A stretch of 64,000 nt of DNA from Chiloscyllium plagiosum (taxonomy: Eukaryota). Within the stretch, counting starts at the first letter, position 1. Every line of letters begins with the position of its first letter. Below the pieces are notes generated by a model that was not told the DNA's origin, did not search any database, and saw nothing but the letters and a program-made list of their open reading frames with translations. The translations under genes were made by a program, and so were the position numbers. Below, one piece after another: positions 50,550-62,660 of this stretch. The stretch covers positions 78,480,935-78,544,934 of the forward strand of contig NC_057718.1 in assembly GCF_004010195.1 (NCBI RefSeq), given 5' to 3'.

Positions 50550-51692
50550 CTTTCTTGATCCATGTCTCTGTAATCGCTCTGCTATCTCAGTTCCAAATTT
50601 CCAACCATGCCCTGAGTTCATCTGCTGTACCTGTTAGGCCTCTTACATTTATTTAAATGCATGAATCCTCCGTTATTCTCTGCTTCATTCCTGCCTGACC
50701 TGACTGTTTGACTTGCTCCTTTTCCCAACTGTGCCAGTCTCAGGCTGGTCTCTTTCCTCATTATCTTGCTGGGCGTATTCCCCCCTCGCCTGAACCCCAA
50801 CCCTCAGCCCACAAAATCCATCACCCTCACTGGTTTAAATCCTCCCAAGCAGCAAGTCTCCCTGCAGTATATTAGTCCTCTTCCAATTCAGGTGCAATCA
50901 GTCCTTCTTGTACAGATCACTTCTACCACAGAAGAGATTCCAATGATCCACGAGTGTGAACCTTTCTCCCCTGCACCAGCTCCTCAGTCATGCATTCATC
51001 TGTTCGGTCCACCTATTCCTACCCTCACTAGCTTATGGCACAGAGTAATCCGGATATTACTACCCTGGAGACTTACTTTTTAAATTCCTGCCTAATTTCC
51101 TATATTCTTTCCTTAGAACCTTCTTTTCTCTCCCTGTGTCATTAGTTCCAATGTTTACAATGACCTCCTGCTGGTCCCTCTCCCCTATCTCCACTATCTC
51201 TGAGATATCCTTGATCCTGGCACCAGGGACGCAACATACCATTCTGATTTCTCAGTGTTTGTCACTGAAATGTCTGTCTGTGCCTCTGATTCTAAGTCCC
51301 CTATTAAAAACGACCGCTTGATGTATTCCTCATTATATTCGAGACAGTCTCAGTACCAGAAACTTGGCTGTTTCATGCTACATTACCCTGAAAGTCCAAC
51401 ACCCCCTACATTTTCCAAAACAGCATATTTATTTGAGAGGACGCAACATACCATTCTGATTTCTCAGTGTTTGTCACTGAAATGTCTGTCTGTGCCTCTG
51501 ATTCTAAGTCCCCTACTAAAAACGACCGCTTGATGTATTCCTCATTATATTTGAGACAGTCTCAGTACCAGAAACTTGGCTGTTTCATGCTACATTCCCC
51601 TGAAAGTCCATCACCCCCTACATTTTCCAAAACAGCATATTTATTTGAGATAGGGATAGCCACAGAGACTGCTGCCTACCCCTCCTACCTTT
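50550..51692 (-). mobile_element. CR1 5' region (ORF1 SGNH-esterase remnant) with a 212 bp tandem duplication
   Basis: ORF 51060..51242 VCCVPGARIKDISE...VIVNIGTNDTGR; ORFs 51255 and 51467 are duplicates. Confidence 0.8.
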
Positions 51693-52192
51693 NNNNNNNN
51701 NNNNNNNNNNNNNNNNNNNNNNNNNNNNNNNNNNNNNNNNNNNNNNNNNNNNNNNNNNNNNNNNNNNNNNNNNNNNNNNNNNNNNNNNNNNNNNNNNNNN
51801 NNNNNNNNNNNNNNNNNNNNNNNNNNNNNNNNNNNNNNNNNNNNNNNNNNNNNNNNNNNNNNNNNNNNNNNNNNNNNNNNNNNNNNNNNNNNNNNNNNNN
51901 NNNNNNNNNNNNNNNNNNNNNNNNNNNNNNNNNNNNNNNNNNNNNNNNNNNNNNNNNNNNNNNNNNNNNNNNNNNNNNNNNNNNNNNNNNNNNNNNNNNN
52001 NNNNNNNNNNNNNNNNNNNNNNNNNNNNNNNNNNNNNNNNNNNNNNNNNNNNNNNNNNNNNNNNNNNNNNNNNNNNNNNNNNNNNNNNNNNNNNNNNNNN
52101 NNNNNNNNNNNNNNNNNNNNNNNNNNNNNNNNNNNNNNNNNNNNNNNNNNNNNNNNNNNNNNNNNNNNNNNNNNNNNNNNNNNNNNNNNNNN

Positions 52193-52366
52193 CCTGCACA
52201 GCTTTGTGACCTAGCACAAACTACACAGCTGTGTCACGCAGCAGTGAAACTGTACAGCTGTGTGACCAAGCAGTGAATCTGCAAAGCTGTGTGACCCAGC
52301 AGTGAACCTGTACAGCTGTGTGACCCAGCAGTGAACCTGCACAGCTGTGTGACCCAGCAGTGAATC
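52193..52366. repeat. 29 bp minisatellite running into the gap
   Basis: Unit CAGTGAACCTGYACAGCTGTGTGACCCAG, about 6 visible copies. Confidence 0.9.
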
Positions 52367-52604
52367 ACCATTCAATAACAGTGAGAATGAAAATAAGTTG
52401 CCATTTATTTCTCACCTTTCATTTGAAATCTATAAATAAGGTGCAAGGGAAGACCAACTGGCGTAACCCTCTCCCATAATCATGATGTGTGGAGCATTTT
52501 AGCAAGACACGTTTGATGCCCTTCCCCTTATATCTGTGTTAGGATGTCCTGACAAACCTCATTCCCAGTGCATTACTTTTAAATTGTATTTCTATTAAAA
52601 TGTA

Positions 52605-53145
52605 CAGCAAACATGTCCGTAAAGACTCCTATCAAATTTTAGAGATGCGCCATCAAAAGCATTCCATCAGATGTATCACAGCCTGGTATGTCAACTGCCA
52701 TGCAGGGGACCGTAAGACACAACACAGAGAGTTGTGAACTCAGCCCAGTCCATCATCTGAAACAACTTTCCATCCATGGACTCCAACTACACTTCTCACT
52801 GCCTCAGGATGGCAGCCAACATATTCAAAAACCTCTCCCATCTCAGTTATAATCTCTTCCAACCTCTTCCATAAGGTAGAAGATATAAAAGCTTAAACAT
52901 ATGTATCAACAGATTCACGACCAGCTTTTACCTCACTGTTATTAGACTTCTGAACAGACTTCACAAATTTTAAATTTAATGTTGATCTTGCTCTTTGTGC
53001 ACTTTCTCTGCAGCAGTAACATTGTATTCTTTGCTCTGTTCTACTACCCTAATACACTTCATTTGGTATGATCTATCTGTGCTGCATGCAAAATAGCATG
53101 TTTCACTGTACTGAGGTGAATGTGACAATACTAAATGAAATAAAC
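52605..53145 (+). mobile_element. Rex1/Babar LINE 3' fragment
   Basis: Decayed CITAWYVNCHAGDRK...RVVNSAQSII...LPSMDSNYTSHCLRMAANIFKNLSHL...SFYLTVIRLLN. Confidence 0.8.
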
Positions 53146-54499
53146 TCAAACATGTCTTGGTGACACTGGTTGATGAACGAGAAATTAGGAGAATACATCA
53201 CTTTTTTTAAAAAGAAGGGTCATTACATGCAGCTAAACAGACAGTTCAGGAATTGAGTCCTGTCATGACAGGATTTCAATCACTCCTCCATTACTGCACT
53301 GAAGTGTCTACATGTTTGATATGGTGGAGTCACTGAACTGAAGTTTGAGCCATAATTGATTCAGACAAAGATATGCCCATCGCTAAGTCAAGCTTACACG
53401 TCATCAGCAGCTTTGTAAAGGGCAAAACCTTTCTATTTAAATACATTGTTTGAAGGTGGAAAACTTCAAAAAAAATTGTAGGCCTTGTAAGTTTCAACCT
53501 TCAAGGATGTAGTTGAACTGGAATACAGATGAATGATCGAATGGAATGGTCCTTTGACTCAAGTTATATGGTTTGACTTCCATTCCAGGCATTTGTAGTT
53601 AGTGGAGACCTAAGTTCTAATTCTGGAGTTTGGTTTATAAGAGCACCATTAAATCCTTCCAGTGAATAGGACAAACCACCCTATCAATCAGAGAATGGAA
53701 TTGATTCTTGTCACAAAAGGGAGTCCAGGGCGATATGTTGCCTTGCTGCTGCCAAGGTCAAGGATGTCTCTGAGACAGAAGAGGACTTTTTCAAAAGGGA
53801 AGGCAGGTAGCCAGAGGTCATAATGTACTAATGTCTGCCTGAATCCCCCACTAACAACATCCTTGGGGTTACAATTGACCAGAAACTAAACTGGACATAT
53901 CAATGGACACAGCATGTCAGAAGCTAGGAATATTGAAGTAAGTAATTCATCACCTGACTCCCCAAAGCCTGTTCACCATCTAAAAGGCACAGGTCAGGAG
54001 TGTGACAGAACACTCCCCACATGCCTGGATGGCTGCAGCTCCAACAACACTCAAGAAGCTTGACACCATCCAGGACAAAGCAGCCCACTTGATTGGTATG
54101 GCATCCACTCCCTCCACCACTGATGGTCAGTACCAGCAGTGCACATTATCTACGAAATGTGCTGCAGAAATTCACCAAAGACCCTCAGACAGCATTGTCC
54201 AAACTCACAACCACTTCCACCTAGAATGACAAGGGCAGCAGACTCATGGGAACATAACCAATTTCAAGTTCCCTCCAAGTCACTCACCATCCTGACTTGG
54301 AAATATATTGCCATTCCTTCACTGTTGCTAGGTTAAAATCCTGGAATTCTTTCCTTAATGACATTGTAGGTCAACCCACAGCAGGTGAACTGCAGCGGCT
54401 CAAGCAGGCAACTCATCACCATCTTTTAAAAGGCCACTAGGTGCAGGCAATGAATATAGGCCAGCCAGTGATGCCCACATCCCACAAATGAATAAAAAA

Positions 54500-55625
54500 A
54501 ATGTGGACTCTTGTACTCAATGCCCCAAACAATAAAGAAAGCATGCCATACACTTTCTTTACCACCGTACTTGTGTGGCCACTTTCAGGTAGCTGTAAAC
54601 GAAGACCCCAAGATCCTTCTGTACGTGATGCTGCTATTAACTGTATACACTTCCTTAACATTTTTTTCCCGAAGTGCAACACTTTATACTTTTCTGGATT
54701 AAACTCCATCTGCCATTTCTCCACTCATATCGACAACTGATCTATATCCGGCTATATCCTTTGACAACATTCTGCACTATTCACAAATTAAAATTACTAA
54801 CCCTCCCATCTGTGTTTTCATCCAAGTCACTTATATAAATCATTATGGAACACCAAAGCTCCAGCCAGAAAAACACCCTTCCACCACTACCCTCTATTTT
54901 CTATGGGCAAGCCAATTCTGAATCCAAATGGCCAAGTCACTGTGGATCCCATCAATCTTAACCTTCTCGATGAGCCTACCACTGAGGGACTTTGTCAAAA
55001 GCCTTACTAAACTCCATGTAAACAACATCCACTGCTCTATCCTCATCAATCACCCTCATCACATCCTCAAAAAGTTCAAATCAAGTCAGCAAGATATGAC
55101 CTCCCTTGCACAGAGCCACGTCAACTGTCCCTAATGAGACCATGTTTTTCCAAGTGCACATAATTCCTATCCCTAGAGTTCCTCTCCAATAGTTTCCCAA
55201 CCACCAATGTGAGGCTAGCTGTTATATAATTTTCTGGATTACCCCTATTTCCCGTCTTCAACAATGGAACAACATTACCTACTCACCAATCCTCAGGAAC
55301 CTCTACTGTGGCTAGAGAGGATACAACAGTCTTGGTCAAGGGCCCAGCAATCTCCTCTCTTGCCTCTCTCAATAACATGTGGTAGATCCCATAGGCCCTA
55401 GTGACTTATCCACCTAATGCTCTTCAAGAGGCCTAGCACCATTCTTTCTTGACCACAGCATGCCCCACATGAATCTCATGATCCTCCATGTCCCTCTCCT
55501 TGGTGAATACTAATGTAAAGTACTCATTTAGAATTTCGCCTCTATCCTTTGCCTCAAAGCACAAGTTCCCTCCTTTATCCTTGAGCAATCCTACTCTCTC
55601 CCTAGTTATTGTCTTTCTTTTAATG
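54500..55625 (-). mobile_element. CR1 fragment
   Basis: ORF 54437..54724 [19 protein letters not shown] plus further RT debris. Confidence 0.85.
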
Positions 55626-55627
55626 TA

Positions 55628-55842
55628 CAGATCATTCTGCTATAATGCGTGTTTAATCAACGTGAATTGGCTATAATGCTATTGATGAATTGGAGACGCT
55701 GTTTGGATAATGCAAACTTTCTGCTGAATGGTTGTAACAACCTTCTACAATGCGATTTTCTTCAGCAGTTTTCCATAGTGCAATTTTCTATAACACAACG
55801 TTACAGAGGAACGCAGTCATCACATTATACCAGAATGTCGTG
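55628..55842. mobile_element. Tc1/mariner (Tigger-like) MITE
   Basis: TA|CAGATCATTCTGCTATAATGCG ... CACATTATACCAGAATGTCGTG|CA: imperfect 22 bp TIRs, TA on the left flank. Confidence 0.7.
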
Positions 55843-56117
55843 CATGTATACATTATTACTAGTATGTATAAATTATTGACTGAGAATTCTCTTAGTGCCA
55901 GGGCTTAGGTGGGTTAGAATTTGTTAGGTGCATCCAGGAGGGTTTCTTGAAGTAATATGTAAATTACTTCATATTTACATAGTAAATGTAAATAGTCTCA
56001 ACTAGGGAAGAGGCCATACTAGACCTGATACCCAGGAATAAGCCCAGCCAGGTGATTGAAGTTTCAGTGGAGGAGCATTTCAGGAACAGTGACCATAATT
56101 CTTTAAGTTCTATGTTT

Positions 56118-56450
56118 GGGCAGCACGGTGGCACAGTGTTTAGCATTGCTGCCTCACAGCATCAGATACCCGGGTTCAATTCCCTCCTCAGGCAACTGTC
56201 TGTGTGGAGTTTGCACATTCTCCCCGTATTTGTGTGGGTTTCCTCCGAGTGCTCTGGTTTCTTCCTACAGTTCAAAAATGTGCAGGCTAGGTGAATTGGC
56301 CATGCTAAATTGCCCGTAGTGTTAGGTGAAGGGGTAAATGTAGGGGAATGGGTCTGGATGGGTTGCTCTTCGGAGGGTCGGTGTGGACTTGTTGGGCCGC
56401 AGGGCCTGTTTCCACACTGTAAGTAATCTAATCTAATCTAATCTAATCTA
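56118..56450 (+). mobile_element. Full-length HE1-type SINE
   Basis: A and B boxes, central domain, (TAATC)n tail. Confidence 0.92.
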
Positions 56451-57244
56451 GGGCCTTGGGTGAGAGTACTAAACTGGGAAAGGATAATAATAACAATATT
56501 AGGCAGGAACTGGGGAATGTAGATTAGGGATAGCTGTTTGAGGGTAAATCCACATCTGTCATGTGCAAGTTGTTAAAGGGCATTTGATTGGAGTTCAGGA
56601 CCAGCACATTCCTGTGAAATTGAATGATAAAGAAGGCAAGATGCAGGAATCTTGGATGACAAGGGAAATAGTGAGCTTAGTCAGAAAGGGAAAGGAAGCA
56701 TAAGGAAGGTTTAGGAAACTGAAGACAGACAGACCCTTTTAGGAATATAAAAGACAGGAGGAAGGACTTAAACAAGGAGAAGTGACAAAGATGATTGATG
56801 AGGACAGTGTGGTAAATATTGTCTACATAAACTTCAGCCATGCCTTTGCCAAGGTCCCTCATGGCAGGCTGGTAAAGAAGGTGAAGTCACATGGGATCTG
56901 CGGTGAGCTGCTAAGATAGGTACAGAAGTAATTTGGTCATAGAAGACAGAGAATAGCTTTGGAAAGGTGTTTTTCTGACTGGAGATCTGTGATCAGTGGT
57001 GTTCTGCAGGGATGAGTACTGGGATCCCTGATGTTTATAATATTTGTCAATGGTTGGAGAAGAGTGCAGGTGGTCTGATTAACAAGTTTTGCAGATGACA
57101 CAAACGTTAGGGAGCTGCAGATAGTGAGGGAGATTGCCAAATGATACAGTAGAGGCTTGGGTGGAGAAATGGCAGATGGAATTTAATCTGGAGAAATGCG
57201 AGGTGATGCATTTTAGAAGGTCTAACACAGGAGGGAAGTATACA

Positions 57245-57457
57245 TGCCGTGACTGGAACAAGGTCGGTCAGGTGGATCTCATTGACTATGTGTTCCCTGA
57301 CTGTGACTGTTAATCTGTCCAATCAGGGAGTCCTGGCTTACAGTATAAGCATTCTGTTCACTCTAGGAGCCAACTCTGAGCTAGCTGGGTCAGTATCATA
57401 TACTAAACACAAAGGATGACTTGGTGACAGGATACTGGTCTTCCTGGAGTTATTTCA
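57245..57457 (+). mobile_element. Solo LTR, 213 bp
   Basis: TG...CA ends; 5 bp flanks ATACA/ATCCA; internal CCAAT and TATAA; removing it restores the CR1 sequence. Confidence 0.72.
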
Positions 57458-58580
57458 ATCCAATAAATGGCAGAACACATAGAAGCAGTATTATGCAGAG
57501 GGATCTAGGCATACAGGTCCACAGTTCCCTGAAAGTGGCTACACAGGTGGATAAACTGGTTAAGAGGTGTTTGCCTTCACTGAACTACATTAAGAATACT
57601 TTGTATAGTTTACCAGAAGGATATGGAGGCTTTGGAGAGAGTACAGAAAAGGTTTACCAGGATGTTGCCTGGTTTGGAGGCTATTAATTATGAGGTGAGA
57701 TTTGACAAACTTGGTTTATTTTCACCTGAATATTGAAATCTGAGAGATGACATGATAGAGGTTTACAAAATTATGAGAGGCATGGACATTCGGAGTCTTT
57801 TTCCTTGGGTAGAAATGTCAATTACTAGGGAACATAGGTTTAAGATAAAAGGGGGTAGGTGTAGAGGAGATGAGGGGCTTTTTTAAAACAGAGGGTGATA
57901 AGTGCTTGAAATGCACAACCAGATGAGGTGGTAGAAGCAGACACAATAGTAATGTTTAAGAAACACCTTGACAGCTACTTTAATAGAGGAGTATGGAGGC
58001 AAAAGGTTTTTAGTTTAGAAAGGCATCATGTGTTGGTATTAGGATTGGTGGGGCAAACAGCCTGTTCCTGTGCTGTACTGTTCGTTGTCACGTTGTACCA
58101 AATCCCACTGGACCTCCAGGCCTTGAGCACAGAAATCTTGGCTGACTCTTCAGTGCAGTATGAAGCAAATGCTGAATGATTGGTGTCATAACCAGTTCAG
58201 GTGTATCCACACAATGGTCTGCAAATAGTATATTTGTATAGCTCATTCATCTTCCTTTTAGTTTTTAACTGCTCCAACGTGAAAATAACCAGCAGCTGAG
58301 CTTTTGTGTAAACAAGATCAAATATTTGTTTATCCACAAAGATTAAAAGGAGCTAGTAATAACATTCTTCCCTTTCTTTTAGTTTTTCTTGTATTCTCTG
58401 TCACCATGTCCTCTCTCTCTCCTCCCCCCAATCCAGTTGGACCATCTGTTCTTTACAGTCTGACATTTAGACACACCATTGGTCTACCATTCTCAAAATC
58501 TGATCACTTAATCGGAAGTAGCAAAATCCTTGCCCCCCCCCCCCCCCCGCCCACCCCCCGCCGTGTCCACACTTTACATC

Positions 58581-58616
58581 AGCTCTGATGATGAGCCAAG
58601 ACTTGAAACATTAGCT
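58581..58616 (+). ncRNA. Decayed hammerhead motif in a Penelope 3' end (about 58370-58705)
   Basis: AGCT-CTGATGA-tgagccaagactt-GAAA-CATT-AGCT. Confidence 0.6.
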
Positions 58617-59854
58617 TGATCTCTCCACAGATGCTGCCTGGCCCACTGTGATTTCCAGCATTTTTGTTTCCAGTACAAATTCCGGCATCTGCAATAATTT
58701 GCTCCTATTACAGTACCAACAAAGTATCCTTATAAAGACGAGCGCAAGATCAGTCTGTTATTGTTGTACACCTAATTGTTTCTTGATGACTTACCTTTAT
58801 GAATGAAAGAGCCGAAAGCATGAAATCAGATTGAGCAACTGTGATGGCTTCCATAGTCAAATAGTTGGAGGTTACTTGTACAGGTGCATCCAGTTGCTGG
58901 AGTAGGTTTCAAGAAAGAGAGAAGCTTTCTTGTTCTTCACTGGTTCTGCAGTTACAACACTTGAAGATTGGCTAGACTCTTTTGGCAGAGCTGCAGTAGA
59001 TTGTCCTTTTTGTAAGCCTGCTTTGGTTGAGAACCCAATCTCTCAAGACACTTTACTGGAGAGACTGATTCGGAATTATGCCTCAGCCAGTCCTATGCAG
59101 AGCAATATGGCTGCTACATTAAATTTTGATGAATCATTGTTGCACAAAGTAACCAAGTTCCACTGTGGTATATCTTCATTATACTTAGAAGCATTGAATT
59201 TTCATACCTTTAGAAAACTTCTTTGAGGGTGATGCTGAGATAACATATCAGTCTGTCTGTCTTTCTGGCTGAAATGAATCTGCAATGTGACTCATGGGAG
59301 TCATCTTGTATGTTGCTGTGTCCATTCTAAAAGGTCAGATTAGGCTTTTTTGTAAACTAAGATTCAAATTACACAGTTTTCACGGTTGGAGACACAATCT
59401 TTTGCATGAAATGCTAAACTGAGGGTGACAAAGAGTTTGAGTCACATTTCAAAGTGTCCTGACCAATGCCTGCTCTTCAGCCAAGACGTTTGAAACACAT
59501 GATTTGGCCATCATTACGATGTTGTGAGTGTACTTTGCTTTCTGCAATTTTGCTAGCCAGATTTCCTCCATTGCTACAGCAATAATAAAAGCGACTGCTA
59601 CTGTTTGGCACATCTGAATTGTAAAGTACCTTAGAAAATTATTTTTATGATAAAATTGCTGACATTGTCCCAGGAGAATTTAGAAGTTAGGGGTTGGGGT
59701 GTGTATGATAGGTTTGTAGAGCTTCTGCGTACCTCAAATTTATTTGCTGCTTTGGAGCAGGAACACTAAGCCCAATGTCCTTAATCAACATTTACAATCA
59801 GGAGCTATGTAAATCCAAATGATATTTGTTATATATCAACATCCTGTGAGTTAA

Positions 59855-60178
59855 GATTAGATTAGATTCCCTACAGTATGGAAACAGGCCCTTCGGCCCA
59901 ACGAGTCCACACTGACCCTCTGCAGAGTAACCCATCCAGACCCACTTCCCCCCCGCCAAAATTTACCCTGGCTAATGCACCTAACACCATGGGCACAGCC
60001 AATTCGCCTAACCTGTACATCTGTGGATTGTGGGAGGAAACCGGATAATCCAAAGAAACCCACACAGACACAGGGAAAACATGCAAGCTCCACACAGACA
60101 GGCACCTGAGGCAGGAATTGAACCAAGGTCCTGGCACTGTGAGGCTGCAGTGCTAACCATTGATCCACTGTGCCACCC
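59855..60178 (-). mobile_element. Older HE1-type SINE
   Basis: Same architecture as the other copies, diverged. Confidence 0.88.
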
Positions 60179-61328
60179 CATGTTTATCATAACACCTACC
60201 TTATTCATTGATCAGAGTTTCAACTGATTAGCCATATAAATACCATGCTATAAACACAGGAAAATGGTTGGGATTTTTTTTTGTGGTGGTAACACATTCC
60301 ACTATCTAAAAAGGTACAAATCAGAAGTGTAATGGAACAGGCTCCAGTTGACTGAATGAACAGGGCTCTAACAACATTTAATGAGCATGACACCATCCAG
60401 GACAATGCAGCTGACTTATTGGCATGTCATACACCACAACATTTACTCCCTTCATCATCAACTCACAGTGACAGCATTGTGCACAATCCACAGGAAAAAC
60501 TGCAACAAGTCAGCAGGACTACAGCAAAATCCATGTCTGCAAGAGAAACAAAACCGGCAAGTGTGTGGGAACAACACAACGTACAAGTTCCCCTACAAAT
60601 CACGTCATCCTAACTTAGAATTATTCTCACTATTCTTCACAGTCACTGTGCAAAAATGGTGAAACACCCACTCTAACAGCACCACGAAAGTTCCTTTATT
60701 CATTCAGATATCAGTGGTTCAAGAAGGCAGATCACTAATTGTTTTTCAACAGCAATTAGAGGTGGGCAATGAGTGCTGGCTTTGCCAGCAGTATTCAATT
60801 CCTGTGGGTAAAAACAAGGGAAAGGGCAGGAAGATGGAAGTGAGGAATGTTGAATAAGCCATGATCCTACTCGAGGGACTGAAATGTCTATTCCTGTTAC
60901 TATTTCTTATGGTCTTAAGACTGGGCAAACAGATTTCACCTGCTTTGCTAAAGGATGTCATACTGAGATTGAGAAAAGTGATTTTAACAGGTCACTGCAT
61001 TAAAATTATTAACTTTGACATCTATCCAAATGCCTTGTGACCTATGATGCAAAACATCTGACCGTGTAATGTTTAATTTTCAAATGTTGAAAATTTATGT
61101 TACAGCAGCAAAAATCTCAGTCTTTTGCACCCCAAAAATATCTGAGGCTGGCTTACTTGGAAACTTCAAAACTTAGATGGATAGAGTTTTACTTGATAAG
61201 GGTTTTAAAGAATAGAGTGCAAGTTATGAAAATAGAACCAATATATAGAAAAACCATGAGGAAATTGAGTGACAGAACAAATTTGAGAGGCTGAATAGCC
61301 TAATTGTTTTCCTATGTCCTGTATGATC

Positions 61329-61847
61329 ACTGGCACTCGACCGGGTCAAGAGGTTGAAGACCAATGAGAAGGTGGCAGACATCAAGCATCTTAGCCCCTT
61401 TTTGGAAAGAATCATCGAACACCCAACCCAGGAAAAATTAGTACTGTTCCTGTGATGATAGGGATACCAGAATGACCACTCACACAATGAGCAAAATGGT
61501 GCTTTGCAATTCCTGGATGTGCTTCACCTGGCATTTTACTCCACATCATTAATGGGCGGCACAGTGGTTAGCACTGCTACCTCACAGCGCCAGAGACCCG
61601 GGTTCAATTCCTGCCTCAAGTGGCTCTCCGTGTGGAGTTTGCACATTCTCCCGGTGTCTGAGTGGATTTCCTCCGGGTGCTCCGGTTTCCTTTTACAATC
61701 CAAAAATGTGCAGGTTAGGTAAATTGGCCATGCTAAATTGCCTGTAGTGTTAGGTGAAGAGGGGAATGGGTCTGAGTGGGTTGCGCTTCGGTGGGTCGGT
61801 GTGGACTTGTTGGGCTGAAGGGCCTGTTTCCACACTGTAAGTAATCT
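61329..61847 (+). mobile_element. HE1-type SINE (61554-61847) carrying a 225 bp Harbinger-derived 5' extension (61329-61553)
   Basis: Inverted copy of 25074-25591. Confidence 0.9.
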
Positions 61848-62504
61848 GATAGTTTGATGATATGTTGCCACGAGTCAGCACTAAATGGAATCTCCTGTCA
61901 GTCCACACAGAACTTTTTCCAAACTTGCTGCATAATACTGAATTATGATTTCCAAATCTGTGATGTCTATTGGGAGACTTGATCACTGAATTCATTCTAC
62001 TGTTTCATTTTGAATTTCTTTCTTTCTGTGGCATGATTACATTAAATGAGAAAGAATGAATCAGTCACAAGACTTCCTTCTGATTTAAGGCTTAAGTTTT
62101 ATCACCATTCGTGAGTAATTGCAAAGGAACATTTGAAACCTGTGGAGTGGAGGAGGTGCAGGTTGGTGCTTGTCTGGGGACAGCCTGCTGGAGGCCACCA
62201 GGGATCTAAAATAGTAAATGGTTAAACAGTTAATTGATTAATGTTGTTCTTGCCATTAACATATTGCAATTCCTGTTTAAAACATTTGATGAGTGATTGT
62301 TTATTTGGAAGCCATTAGTAATTCTTGAGGGTATTAAGTAAAAAGTTTCTAGTTGTTCCTGTAGATTTATTTTTTATTCCTTTTCATCTTTGGTAAATAC
62401 ATAAATCCTCTGTATCCACGAAATCAGGTCTTGCAAATTGACCTATCCACACCAAGAAATAAGTAACAACAAAAGTCAAGATTTGGACTGAGGTGTACAA
62501 ATTT

Positions 62505-62660
62505 AAAAATCACACAACACCAGATTACAGTGCAGCAGGTTTAATTGGAAACACTAGCTTTCAGAGTGCTGCTCCTTCATCAGGTGGTTATAGCGCTCTG
62601 AAAGCTAGTGCTTCCAATTAAACCTATTGGACTATGACCTGGTGTTGTATGATTTTTAAC
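62505..62660. mobile_element. Palindromic mini-element made of two family D pLTR ends; hammerhead motif at 62552-62586 (-)
   Basis: CAC-CTGATGA-aggagcagcactct-GAAA-GCTA-GTG; arms match 41129-41210 and 41660-41729. Confidence 0.75.

Larger units (their letters stand above)
19942..52192. other. Assembly gaps at 19942-20102, 29068-29102, 33427-33600, 49905-50389 and 51693-52192
   Basis: Runs of N, all inside or next to repeats. Confidence 0.99.
55890..58085 (+). mobile_element. Decayed CR1 hosting a SINE and a solo LTR
   Basis: Endonuclease-end, FADD and WQMEFNLEKCEV remnants; CR1 3'UTR. Confidence 0.85.

Noticed and set aside
49767..52276. Long ORFs of 193-269 aa in the track, also 19836-20244
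   Set aside because: Their length comes from translated N gaps.
52193..52366. CRISPR-like array
   Set aside because: Contiguous tandem units without unique spacers, in vertebrate DNA; it is a minisatellite.
58930..59226. 98 aa ORF or possible exon in non-repetitive sequence
   Set aside because: Non-ATG start, no recognisable domain and no partner exons; I cannot support a second gene.
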